A stretch of 63,915 bases of DNA, the filler included, from Vannella sp. (Eukaryota): the NCBI GenBank assembly GCA_023345925.1. It is 6 parts of 6 records of this genome, joined end to end, with 100 filler letters (N's around TTAATTAATTAA, not from the genome) between each part and the next. Parts side by side here need not be neighbours in the genome. Positions count along the whole stretch, not along the records: positions 50,253 to 60,195 come from JAJQQN010000592.1; positions 60,296 to 63,915 come from JAJQQN010001459.1; 4 more parts are not named here. One strand, 5' to 3'. The notes under the pieces were generated by a model. The model saw only the letters and a program-made list of their open reading frames with translations, was not told the origin of the DNA and did no database searches. Shown one piece after another: positions 50,413-61,149 of this stretch. The position numbers and the translations under genes were made by a program. How positions within the stretch are numbered: position 1 is the first letter of the stretch; every line of letters begins with the position of its first letter.

Positions 50413-50438
50413 CCAATGATCGATCGATCGATCATTGG
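50413..50438. promoter_or_regulatory. perfect 26-bp palindrome with inverted CCAAT boxes
   Basis: CCAATGATCGATCGATCGATCATTGG is its own reverse complement and lies about 110 bp upstream of ATG 50548. Confidence 0.55.
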
Positions 50439-50547
50439 CTTGTATTGGTCCAAAAGTGTCCAAATCAAGCTGGAAAATCGAGGGCCATTCCCCATAACCG
50501 CCGTATTGTTGGTGGCACAGCCCGCATTTCCCACTGGTCATTCGTTT

Positions 50548-51165
50548 ATGTCGCTCACATCTCCGGAGTTCATCAGAGCTTCCTGGACCCTCAGCGAACA
50601 GTTTGAAGCCCTCCTTCAAGATGAGAACTGCTACCGCTTCGAAGAGTTTTCACAAAATGATCTGCGGCGAGTCAGTGGCTCCCTTTATTGTCGAGATATA
50701 CCATCCCCATCCTCATGGAGATGGAACCAAGCTAAAGGACGACAAGATACCGTCCTTCATGAGCACCGAGTGAAAGTCACCATCTCCAAACTCGTCCTTC
50801 GACGGAGGCGTCCTGACAATCCTGCACCCCCAACTGGTAAGCTCTGGTTGTATAAGATCACTCCCATGATGGGGGCTCCAACGCAAACGTATGAGCAGGT
50901 GGGAGTCTCCATGTACGCTGTGTGGTTGGAGGTTGGCTCTTCCCATCTCTTCCAAATGCCTATGAAGATGGGACCTTGGAGTGGATCCGGTCCATCTTCA
51001 TCCACAGCTACTCCTCCCATCAACGAAAGGCTCCCCAGCTCCATTGATTCTCCTTTTCCATGGTCGCTCCCGGACAGTCCCAACACTCAACCAGCAGATG
51101 AGGACCCTCTTAGTTTAGACTCGAGAACCGACGAAGACTACGACTTCCTGGCCCACTTCATCTAG
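50548..51165 (+). CDS. hypothetical protein with Trp/Arg-rich globular domain and Pro/Ser/acidic tail
   Basis: Intact 205-aa ORF: WRWNQAKGRQ...KLVLRRRR...KLWLYKI...VWLEVG, then a low-complexity acidic tail. Confidence 0.65.
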   Translation: MSLTSPEFIRASWTLSEQFEALLQDENCYRFEEFSQNDLRRVSGSLYCRDIPSPSSWRWNQAKGRQDTVLHEHRVKVTISKLVLRRRRPDNPAPPTGKLWLYKITPMMGAPTQTYEQVGVSMYAVWLEVGSSHLFQMPMKMGPWSGSGPSSSTATPPINERLPSSIDSPFPWSLPDSPNTQPADEDPLSLDSRTDEDYDFLAHFI

Positions 51166-51436
51166 GACAAGCTCTTGTTCGGTGTCCTCCACAGAGACCC
51201 AACGATGAACCACCATAAACTTGGACTTCCCCTCACTGTGAGCACACTCAGGAGACTCTCCCAGTCCCTTCCACCGAAAAGATGAATCCAAACCCTCATC
51301 GCCCTGCCTTTCTATGCAGTGTGGATGAGGTCTCGACCACCATCGCGATCAGTTTCTGCCCTAATGTGGAAAACAGGGTGTTCATTTGATTCACTGTTTT
51401 AACATTCATCTTTCGACTCACTTCCTTCGTGGGTTG

Positions 51437-52981
51437 ATGGAACGGGGAACCCAGAGAAGAGACAGATCTGTCCCTTCCCCCTCAAAGCGTGCCAAACAAA
51501 AGAAAGAGAGGTTGTTAGAGAGTACTGATGGGGCCGGTGCTGTGTCTCAACTCATGGAAGAGGGGTTGCCTCAACCCTCCACTGCGGCTGAAAAGAGGAG
51601 GAGGAAGAAGGAGAGAAGGAGGGGACGAGAGGAGGCACGAAAGGCCTCTTTAGAGGTTGGTGATGATCAGATATCAAAGGAGAAACAGAACGTGACCCAA
51701 TCGCACTCCCTTTCCTCAAAACTCCTTCTAACAAGAGATTCCCACCCCAACGTCTCCAAGAAGAAGAACAAGCAGAAAGAGAACAAGGAGGGGATCAAGG
51801 AGGAGGAGAAGAAGAAGATCAAGGAGGAGAAGAAGAAGAAGATCAAGGAGGAGAAGGACAAGAAGGAGAAGAAGAAGGAGAAGGAGGACAAGACGGAGAT
51901 AGAAACAGAAAGAAAGATAGTGGGACCTGACACTCCCAATGAAGCTGCAAATGATAGGAAGGCCACCCCCAAGACCCGATCGCCCTCAAAGCAGGTCCAA
52001 TCAGATGATCTACCCCACTCTAACGCCCTCAAGAAGGAGAAGAAGAAGAAAGGAAAGGCAGCAGAACTGGAGACTTTAAAGGGAGCTGCAAATGATAGGA
52101 AGGCCACCCACAAGACCCTGAGGCCCGCCCTTTTAGGAAAGCGCCCCCGATCAGAAGACCCCGAACCCGTGAGCATGTCCCCTAAGAAGAAAAAGAAGAA
52201 GAAATCTGCCATCGCAGATACAGAACCCGTCGTCTTCGCCACACCGCGTTCTCCTTCCCCAGAGGGGACCACTGCAAGCGCCTTGGCGGGAATCCTGAAA
52301 TATTCCCGCCAGGTTGCGCCACCTCCAGCTCCTATACATATCTCCCTGATATCTACACCTCCTGCAATATCAAAGAAGCAGAAGAGCATCGAAAAGAAGG
52401 CCCGACACCTTTTGGACCAGCAAGACGGAGACCAAATGCAACTTAATGTGATTCCAGAACCTCAGAGTGGTAGCGAGGCTGAAGAGGCTGATGATAGTGA
52501 TCTCATGCCCGAGAGTGACCAAGAAGAAGCGTCAGAAGGATTTGACAACAACGAAAGAGTAACTTGGATTTCATTGGATATGGAAGCAGAAGAAGGTGAA
52601 CCCTCGGAAGAGGAGCCACAAAGCGAAGGCGAAGGAGATAGTCTTGGGTCAGATGATGAAGCAATAGAGATCTCAGACGAAGACGAGTCAGAGGAAGAAG
52701 ATCGCGCCTTCATCGATGATGATGAGATCGCATTTGTCCACTCGTCTGATGAAGAAGGTCCTCTACTGGGCTCTGATTTGGATTCTCACCGCCACAACAA
52801 AAAGGATTCATCAGGAGGAGGGATCCCTCGCAAAAGACTCATTCGTCGATCACACAAAACAGGCTCAGACGAGAAAAGCTTACCCTCCAATCATATCAGG
52901 CTACGTGAAGATTCCGAATCTGACGTGAGTCAGGTCGACGACCCTCTGTCCGTCATTTGCTTCTCGAGTGACTCTGAATAA
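51437..52981 (+). CDS. low-complexity Lys/Glu-rich then Asp/Glu-rich protein (probably nuclear or nucleolar)
   Basis: Long open frame with KEEKKK repeats, NLS-like PKKKKKKK, an acidic tract, and a duplicated AANDRKAT(P/H)KT segment. Confidence 0.7.
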   Translation: MERGTQRRDRSVPSPSKRAKQKKERLLESTDGAGAVSQLMEEGLPQPSTAAEKRRRKKERRRGREEARKASLEVGDDQISKEKQNVTQSHSLSSKLLLTRDSHPNVSKKKNKQKENKEGIKEEEKKKIKEEKKKKIKEEKDKKEKKKEKEDKTEIETERKIVGPDTPNEAANDRKATPKTRSPSKQVQSDDLPHSNALKKEKKKKGKAAELETLKGAANDRKATHKTLRPALLGKRPRSEDPEPVSMSPKKKKKKKSAIADTEPVVFATPRSPSPEGTTASALAGILKYSRQVAPPPAPIHISLISTPPAISKKQKSIEKKARHLLDQQDGDQMQLNVIPEPQSGSEAEEADDSDLMPESDQEEASEGFDNNERVTWISLDMEAEEGEPSEEEPQSEGEGDSLGSDDEAIEISDEDESEEEDRAFIDDDEIAFVHSSDEEGPLLGSDLDSHRHNKKDSSGGGIPRKRLIRRSHKTGSDEKSLPSNHIRLREDSESDVSQVDDPLSVICFSSDSE

Positions 52982-53554
52982 GTGATTCCACAAACCCGAT
53001 TCAACTCATAGACACTTGGTACCTTCACCTTTAACTCCAGAAGATGGTATTGCATTGACAGAAAGCAAATCAATACGAAATAGAACCAAATACTTTCTTT
53101 CTACCTTTGGGTAGTCGACTGACGGCTGTTCAAATAGCCATCAGAGGGACATCGCAGAAGATGGGAGGATAAAGCAGAACTAACCAACTTGATAAATGAA
53201 CGGACATGTTTGGGTGCGTCCTAAAAAGGCATTGGTTGAGGAACTGAGAGCGGCTGGTGTGAACTGAGAGCGGTTGTTGCCGTCAAGGGCCGCCGCGCTT
53301 AACCCCGGATTCACCATCTTGGTAGTCGATGATGACGGAGGTTTCTGGTGAACTCCAGAGAAGCAGACTACCACGAGTAGACAGAGTCGGAAAGGTGGCG
53401 GGTGTCTCCTTCGGGCAGAATTCTTCACTCAGAACTTGTAGTCGGTGCAAGTGATTTAATTGGTCGTGCGAATTCTATGGGTGACCTAAAAAGTGAGGAT
53501 TAGTCTTGGTTCGCGGAACAACCTTCATTTCGCCATCGCACTTCCCCTTGGGTC

Positions 53555-54337
53555 ATGGCCGACAACAAGATCTTCCAATTCAAGCTTGTACTCCTTGGAG
53601 AGTCTGCAGTTGGAAAGTCAAGCTTAGTGCTACGCTTTGTTAAAGGGCAGTTCTTGGACTTCCAAGAAAGCACCATCGGCGCAGCCTTCCTCACCCAAAC
53701 CGTTTGCTTGAACGAAACCACAGTCAAGTTTGAGATCTGGGACACTGCTGGACAAGAGAGGTGAGTGTAAGAGAGCTGATAGAAGTTGCAACTCACCTTT
53801 GCCCCTTCCAACAGATACCACAGCCTCGCGCCCATGTACTATCGAGGTGCCCAAGCCGCTATTGTTGTCTATGATATCACCAACGCTGACTCTTTCGATC
53901 GTGCCAAGAACTGGGTGAAGGAGCTTCAACGCCAAGGTAACCCCAACATTGTCATCTCTCTAGCCGCGAACAAGGTTGATCTTGAATCCAAGCGCGCGGT
54001 CACTGCGGAGGTGAGTTATCACGCTTGTGTTGTACCATTATTATCCTTTTTTTTTGAGCTGATAGAGATCATCTTCAGACTGCACAAGCTTATGCAGAGG
54101 AAAACGGCATCCTCTTCATGGAGACATCCGCTAAGACTGCTGCAAACGTGAACGAGTTGTTTGTTGCAATTGGTATGTTTAATAGTGCTGGGAACTCTCT
54201 TTAGTGTCTAACGTTACGCAGCCAAGAAGCTTCCCAAAACTCAAACTGGACCTGCCCGAGAGTCCACCAAGCTCACGATTCAACCCATTGATGATGGCCA
54301 GGACGACCGCAAGAAAGCTGGTGTTTGTTGCGGGTAA
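53555..54337 (+). CDS. RAB5: Rab5 small GTPase, 4 exons
   Basis: [61 protein letters not shown], ends VCCG. Confidence 0.97.
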
Positions 54338-54434
54338 AGGACGTTGCAGCACCCTTCGCAACGTTGCGATTGCAGTCCGGGTGTGATACCGGGCCCACCC
54401 TTTGTATATCAGTATTGCAATAAATACCCTTGGT

Positions 54435-56680
54435 TTAGTTGGTGAGGTCGCTCTCCGCTTTGGGAATGCGTTTCTTCGATCTTTTCTCGGAGGGAGGAGT
54501 GTTGGCCGAAAAGGTGGATGGAGTGGAAGGAGCAGAGGGAAGGGGCCGTTTGGCGATCGAAAGCTTTCTTGTGAGAGCTCTGCCTATCGTGCCACTCCTT
54601 GACTGCTTCTCCTTCTCCTTCTCCTTCTCCTTTTCTTCAGGCACCAATGATACAGAACGTGTGCTGTTCCGCTTTCTCTTGTGCTTTTCCTTCTTCTCGA
54701 GAGACACAGGAGTGTCGGGAGTGATGTCACACCCCTCAGTGGTTGGGTCAGTACCCTCCTTACCTCCCTCCACCGTTTTCTGGCTGTGTTCCACAATCTG
54801 AACCTGATTGGGACTATCTCGGACCTTGACTTGACCGATGTCATCATTCTTAACCTCATTGTTGATCTGTTCGTTGACCTCCTCCTCCTCCTTGGCTTCC
54901 TTGTCCTCGCTGGCCATCTCTTCAATCTTAACCTCTGTGCTAGTCTCTTCCGCATTTCCTTCCTGGATCTGGTTGACAACACCATTCTCACCGCTGACAT
55001 GCGGAACTTGGTCGCCTTCCTGAGGGATTGCAGCCTCCTCCTGAGTAGACTCAAGCATAAAGGACTCTGAAGTTTCCTGCGCAGTCCTATCCTCGGTCAT
55101 GTCCACATGATCATCAGTGAGGACACTTGAAGTGTTTTCTGCTTCCACAGCTTCCTCATGCTTCCGTTGCCTTTCGTCACTGAGGACACGGTTCTCTGCA
55201 ATCATTGATATAAAGTAGTCTCGGAGATCAGTCGCTTTCGCATCCAGGTTCTCCTCACGGTAGGTCTTCCCCACTGCCCCAACCACCATCATCAGCCTTA
55301 TCTCCAAAAGACTCGCTTCCGCGACGCACCTAGGAAGTTGGAGTACATAGGACTCTTGAGGAACTTCTGGTATGAGTCATTCTCCAAGATGATCATCACC
55401 TCTTTCTAGGGGAATGTGAGGACGCTCAACCGAGCAGTCAGCAGATACTCACGTAGGCACTCGCAAACATGTCTCGGTGGTACTCAGTGGTTTCCATGAT
55501 CTGTTTTCTGGTCTTGCTATCGATGTTGACTTCGTACAGTGACCCTGCTTTGATGTACTTTGAAACGATGCTCTTTGCAGCGGTTGGAACTTCTTCCTCG
55601 GGGATTCTCTGCAGTTTCATCGCATCCACATAGAAGGAGAGGTTCTCTGCGCTGAACAAGGTGTCAGACCGGTCCTGTTCTTGGAAGAGGGAGTGGCTCA
55701 CCAATACTGCTTTTGGAGAAAGTAGAAGAACAGTAGGCAAAGCTCAGGGTGGTTGAGAACCTTAAAGAGGTTTGGTGTCTTCTTGTCACGCTGATTGGTG
55801 AACATATTCTCGTCAAACAGGGCTGCGTTGAGGTGAGAACGTGGCAAAAAGGTCAGGCTTTCCATTACCGCTCAGTTTGTTCATCATATCCTCATTGTTG
55901 GAAGAGATTGCCACATCAAGAGCAGAGCCAAAGTTACCCATCGCTTTGGGGTCAGCACCAGCGGCTAATAAAAGATCCACCACCTCCCCACTGCCTCCCC
56001 GCACAGCAAAGTGAATGGCGGTCTCATTGTTACTGTGAAAGAGGAGGGTTACTTCTCATGAACTGACAAGAAAAGAGAGACCCCTCTTACCTCGTTCGCA
56101 GGGTGACATCAGCTTTACCCTCCAAGAGGATAGTGACCGCCAGGGCGTTGCCTCTCATCGATGCTTGGTGCAAGGGAGTCTCACCGAGGTCGTTGGCCCC
56201 GTTGATACTCTCTGGTTGTTTGAAGAACTCTTTGAGGAGTGTGATGTACTCGTCCTTGGCTTCAGAGGACGGAGTTTTCCGGGCGAGTTGATGGAGGGCG
56301 GAGGTTCCACTCTTATTCACTGCAGAAGCGTTGCAGCCAGGCTTTGAAAGAAGGAATGAACACGCCGCAAAGCAACTGTTGGCAGCTGCGCAAAGTAGTG
56401 GAGTCCACTGTGAGTTGTCCAGGTAACCAACGGAATCAGGGTCTTCTTCTAAGATACTCTCCATACTCTTGATATCGCCAAGTCCTGCAGCCACGTGGAT
56501 AGGGAGCTGACCAGCCTCGTCTCGGAATTGGAGGATCTTCTTCTTGTTCTTTCCAGCCTTCCGCAGCGCGTCTTGCAAAGCGTCACTGTTTCCCTGCCTC
56601 ACCGCTGCAAAAACGAATGTCGCAGACTTGGTATTTGAGCGTCCTCGAGTGAGGAAGGCGGAGAGAGAGGATTGCGCCAT
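54435..56680 (-). CDS. ankyrin-repeat plus RGS-domain protein with acidic/basic disordered tail, multi-exon
   Basis: Ankyrin motifs (LPIHVAA, TPLLCAA, ETPLHQAS). Spliced RGS domain FFYFLQKQYCAENLSFY...IVSKYIKAGSLYEVNID...ILENDSYQKFLKSPMY. Confidence 0.85.
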
Positions 56681-56821
56681 CTCAAGGCGGAGCTGAACAA
56701 AATGGGCGTTGCTTCGGCTCGCATTCGAATCCGATTCCCATAATGCTTCGTAAATGAGACCGAAATTCCACAACTCAGTGCTTCTTATTGAGTGAATGAA
56801 TTTCAACACTAATTCTATTTC

Positions 56822-57806
56822 ATGAGTGCGGAGGGGGCAGCGGGTGTTTGGATAGGAGCAATTGCCTCAACGGTTGCAGAGAGGGCTGTTGTGTATCCTC
56901 TTGATGTTGTGAAGACTCGCATGCAAAGGTACCTTCCATCAGAAAGCGGGGGGCGGATGTTTATTGATGAAGCGCGCGCTTGGGACCCTCAGAAGGCTAT
57001 CGGACTATCTTACAGAGCGTCAAGTTGGTGTACCGACAAACCACCCCAAATCAGTTTACTTCTCTCTATAGAGGATTGGTTCCCTCTCTGTCTGGGGCTG
57101 TCCCACTCCTCCTATCCCGAGCGGCTGCTTTCAGTGCGATCGAGAGAACCGGTTTGGATCAGAAGATGACGGGGTCTCTGATCATCGGGACAATCGTGGG
57201 GTCGATGGAAGCCCTTGTGATCACACCCTTTGATGCAATGAAGATCAATCGCCAACTCCATGTGAGGTACGAGGCAATCCAAGCCCTAATCGCCTCCTGA
57301 CACCCAACAGGGAGAATGCTCCAACACTGCAAGTAAGAGAGTGTCTTCGAGGATTCCAGGCAGTTCTGCTGCGTCAAATGTAAGAACTAAGCGCTCCTTG
57401 GACGCCCAACTCACTCTCATCAAGAGTTTACTCGTCTTGCTCCATTTGGGCCTTCCGACACTACAAGTACAAGCTCTGCCTTGACCGAGACGAGGTAGGA
57501 CTAACGGGTATATCGAGGCATACTAATGAGGACTAGCTATTCACTGGCTTTGCCAAACTCCGCGTGGGAGTAATGACAGGAGGAATCGCCACCCTCGCTG
57601 GAGCTCCCTTCGACATCGTCAAGACGCGAATGCAAGCAGGCGAAGCAAGCGGTAGCGTCCTTCAAGCGATCCGAAACATCATTCAAACAGAAGGCACTTC
57701 CGCCCTCTATCGAGGAGCCGGAACCAAACTACTTCGCGTAACGATTGGCACTTTCATCGCTCTCACCACTTTCGAGTTCTTCTGGTTGCCAACCAGCGAA
57801 GAGTAA
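56822..57806 (+). CDS. mitochondrial carrier family (SLC25) protein, multi-exon
   Basis: Three PxDxxKxxxQ signatures: YPLDVVKTRMQ, TPFDAMKINRQ, APFDIVKTRMQ. Confidence 0.9.
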
Positions 57807-57866
57807 AATAATGGGGTTTGACTTGTTTTTAAGGTTTTAGTTTTCGGTTGTCGGTTGTTCTCGTCC

Positions 57867-58300
57867 ATGGCCACTTTTGTAGGCGTTTGGGGTTGGAGGG
57901 AAGGTGGAGGCTGACGGGAGGGTGAACAGACTGCTGTCAACCCCAAACCTTTCTTGACGAAGCTTACGGGCACGCAGGTTGTCATCAAGCTCAAGTGGGG
58001 GATGGAATATCGGGGGTTCCTCAAGTCTGTGGATGGTTACATGAACATGCAGCTGACTAATGCAGAGGAGATCATTGATGACAAACCGGTCGGGAAGATT
58101 CCCAAGCTTCTCATTCGGTAGGTTCCCTTTTCCTTGTGTCTCCTCCTTTTGACTGTACTGACTGTTCGGCTCCTTATCGGACTTATAGTTGTAACAACGT
58201 TCTGTACATTCGCGCAGCAGAGGGAGACGAGGTCACTGAGGATCAGCCGATGAGCAACGGTGACGAGAAGGAGGTCGAGGCGACTGATCCCACTCAATAA
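57867..58300 (+). CDS. SNRPF: small nuclear ribonucleoprotein SmF, 3 exons
   Basis: Spliced [40 protein letters not shown]...[11 protein letters not shown]. Missed by the ORF track. Confidence 0.95.
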
Positions 58301-58398
58301 AGCCTCTCCGGATGCTCTCTCTCGTATGAGTGGTGGATGTGATCTTGCCGAAGCCTGGATGACTCATTTCCCCTCATTTCACGGTCTCCAAGGGCGGG

Positions 58399-59334
58399 AT
58401 GAGCACCGTCCGCGAGATCCAACGTCTCAATCGGCTGGAAGCTGAGGGAGGCGTTTCAATAGGTGGTTCATGGCACAACCAGTTCAAGGACTCTGCTTGG
58501 GTGTATGTGGGGGGTCTACCGTTGGAGATGACGGAGGGGGATGTGCTTTGCCTCTTCTCGCAAGTGGGGGAGATTGAAAAGCTCGATATGAGGCGGGACA
58601 ATGAGACGGGGAAGTTCCGAGGCTTCTGTTTCATCAAGTACGAAGACCAGCGGTCCACCATCCTTGCTGTGGACAACTTTACAGGCTGCACCTTTGCAGG
58701 GAGGATGATACGAGTGGACCATAAGTTCTACACAGCCCCTAAGAAGCGGAAGAGGAGAGAAGAAGATGACAGCTCAGAGGAGGAAGCGAAGGACCGAGAG
58801 GTGGAGGAAAAGAAGGCGCTTCAGGATGTTCGTTGGGAGAACGACGAATACAGAGCCAAAGCGGATCTAGAACCCAAGAAGAAGAAGCCCAAGCTATCCA
58901 AGGAGGAGAAGAAGCTAAAGAAAGAGAGAAAAGAGGCCAAGAGGCTCCGAAAGCTTGAGAAGAAGGTAAAGAAGTCTGGACATTCCGAGCCTTCTCCCGC
59001 TGAAGGCTCCGCATCAGCTCCCTCCCAACACACACAAAGAGACCACCCAAGTGAGGTCGATCCTATTGCAAGCCTCCAAGCTTCTCTCCCGAGAGGACAG
59101 GAGGTGCCACCTCCCTTCGGAGGCCCTTTGGAAGATAGGAGGCCTTCCCATCGTGACCAAGAGCATAGAGAAAGAACTCATGAGAGAGGTCGATACCACG
59201 ATCAGTCCCGAGATCGAAGGAACTCACAAAGTCCTCGTGGCGCTCGCAGAAGAGATGATCCCTCACCATACCAAGCTCGGCGGCGCTCACCTCGAAGAGA
59301 AACAGAGTTCCATGAAGATAGAAGACGTCACTAG
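58399..59334 (+). CDS. RBMX2: RES complex RRM protein RBMX2/Snu17/Ist3
   Basis: SWHNQFKDSAWVYVGGLP..MTEGDVLCLFSQ.GE, GFCFIKYEDQRSTILAVDNF. Confidence 0.95.
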   Translation: MSTVREIQRLNRLEAEGGVSIGGSWHNQFKDSAWVYVGGLPLEMTEGDVLCLFSQVGEIEKLDMRRDNETGKFRGFCFIKYEDQRSTILAVDNFTGCTFAGRMIRVDHKFYTAPKKRKRREEDDSSEEEAKDREVEEKKALQDVRWENDEYRAKADLEPKKKKPKLSKEEKKLKKERKEAKRLRKLEKKVKKSGHSEPSPAEGSASAPSQHTQRDHPSEVDPIASLQASLPRGQEVPPPFGGPLEDRRPSHRDQEHRERTHERGRYHDQSRDRRNSQSPRGARRRDDPSPYQARRRSPRRETEFHEDRRRH

Positions 59335-59372
59335 AGTCTCTGAGACCCAGATAAAGGCATTTCCTCGTGCCG

Positions 59373-60050
59373 ATGCCAGTGGAACATCAAATCCTTCGGT
59401 GCTGTGAGTGCAGTATCTTCCAGGTGCAGCAGAAGAAGAAGTCCACACAGTTCTCTTGTAAGCTGTGTGGGAAGAAGCAGACTCTGCAGCGCGTCTACGC
59501 TCAATCCTTCCAAGCGAAGGACTTGAGACCTTTGGTTCAAGAGTACAACCTTCGTGAGGGTGCTGCGCTTGAAGTTAGAGAGGAAATGAAGAGAAAGGAA
59601 CCATCACGGGAGATAAGGAAGCAGTATGAGACCGCAGGGAACCCAAGTGACCGTGGAACGGCTCCCTTGGCTCAAAGAGAGAGTAATTGGGAGCGCTTTA
59701 AGTACGGAGAGGAGAGTGACGAAGATCCAACCGAGACAGAACACTCAGGAGAGGATGCAGAGGTCTCTTTTGAAGCTTACAGCCAACTAACGGGACAAAA
59801 GAGACCCAGAAAAAACACTTCTCGCAAGGACACGCCCACCAAACGACCAGCAAGCAAAAGGAGAGCTTCTCCTCAACAAGAAATCGAAGATCGATCACCC
59901 CCGCCCCCGCCAGTTCGACCACGCATCCTCCCTCCCACACAAACTCCCCGTCCCCCTCCTGCTCCTCTTCCACACCCTCCCAAGACCACAGGAAGTTCCT
60001 GGAACCAGTTCCATTACCAAGAAGATAGCGAAGGAAGTGACTCGGACTGA
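59373..60050 (+). CDS. MRNIP: MRN complex-interacting protein (MRNIP/C5orf45-like)
   Basis: HQILRCCECSIFQVQQKKKSTQFSCKLCGKKQTL..VY......KDLRPLVQEYN. Confidence 0.85.
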   Translation: MPVEHQILRCCECSIFQVQQKKKSTQFSCKLCGKKQTLQRVYAQSFQAKDLRPLVQEYNLREGAALEVREEMKRKEPSREIRKQYETAGNPSDRGTAPLAQRESNWERFKYGEESDEDPTETEHSGEDAEVSFEAYSQLTGQKRPRKNTSRKDTPTKRPASKRRASPQQEIEDRSPPPPPVRPRILPPTQTPRPPPAPLPHPPKTTGSSWNQFHYQEDSEGSDSD

Positions 60051-60195
60051 ACAACAACAAAGATCCTGACTTTCTGCTTTGGTGGGGAAGAGGAAAGGGA
60101 TCATTGCCAAAACCAGCAGGATCAGGAACCAAGTCGTCCTGTTGACGGCCAGAGTAACCAGCAGGGGTGGTTATAGCTAGGTGATAAGAAGCCGT

Positions 60196-60295
60196 NNNNN
60201 NNNNNNNNNNNNNNNNNNNNNNNNNNNNNNNNNNNNNNNTTAATTAATTAANNNNNNNNNNNNNNNNNNNNNNNNNNNNNNNNNNNNNNNNNNNN
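60196..60295. other. artificial contig linker
   Basis: N44-TTAATTAATTAA-N44. Confidence 0.98.
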
Positions 60296-61081
60296 ACTTT
60301 GCAAGGCGTTGAGAAACTCGACTTCAGAACCGATCTGGCCGACATCCTCTTCACCAACAGGGCGCCCTTGGCTTTCCGCGAACTTCACCGCTCGTACGAT
60401 TTCTGGGTGCAAGGGCAAGTCAACGTCTTCGATCTGAACCTCTTGTTTGGCACTTAAGAGCGAGTGCTCCAACTCCGCCATCTTTTGGCTCACAGCAGTG
60501 ATCCCTGAGGCTTTTGGATGATGTTAGGGCATGATAGGGAGCATAGAGTGATATAGGACATACACAAACGAGTATCGCGACTCTCTGCAGCATGAGACTT
60601 GATGTAGGAGCGGAAGAAGGGCGCAAAGGTGTTGTGGACATAAGCATGAAGAGTCTCGAAGGGCGTCCCGCTACCTAGGTCCACGAACTGAAGCTGTTGA
60701 GCAGCAGAGAGAGACTGGAGCAGTGGAGAATCGGGTTGCTTCTTGATGAAAGCGAGACTTTGAGAGCCATCACCTTGGAAAGTGACTTCCAGACCGAAGG
60801 AGACGTTGTTGAACGATTGTCCTGTCCAAGAGTTAGTGTTATGCGATAGCGGGGTGGCTCATCGTACCCTCTACGTCAACTGTCGTCTTTTTAACGACAA
60901 GAACAGGATGGCGTCCGTCACCAAGGAAGTCTTGAAGGATCCGTTGATTGACGGTGACACCAAGAGTGTCTCGAAACTCTCCATCATCCACCCCCAATAA
61001 GAGAGGACACACACGAACGAGATAGTCGCTCAAAGAGGCCACTGGAAGAAGCTCCAAAGGAGCCCCTCCCGAGTCACTCAT
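60296..61081 (-). CDS. DYNC1H1: cytoplasmic dynein 1 heavy chain, N-terminal exons (partial)
   Basis: TPFETLHAYVHNTFAPFFRSY, KMAELEHSLL..KQEVQIEDV.L..HPEI, FLNALQS. Confidence 0.88.
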
Positions 61082-61149
61082 TGAGGAGGACAGAAAAGTG
61101 ATTCATTATAATGTTGGCTATTACCACTCGACTTTAATCATTCGTTGGG

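Noticed and set aside
51667..52389. Phe/Ser-rich 240-aa minus-strand ORF that looks like a membrane protein
   Set aside because: Antisense shadow of Lys/Glu codons in the plus-strand gene.
57867..59334. Adjacent splicing genes SmF and RBMX2 as a functional cluster
   Set aside because: Two neighbours from a large functional class are expected by chance in a gene-dense genome.
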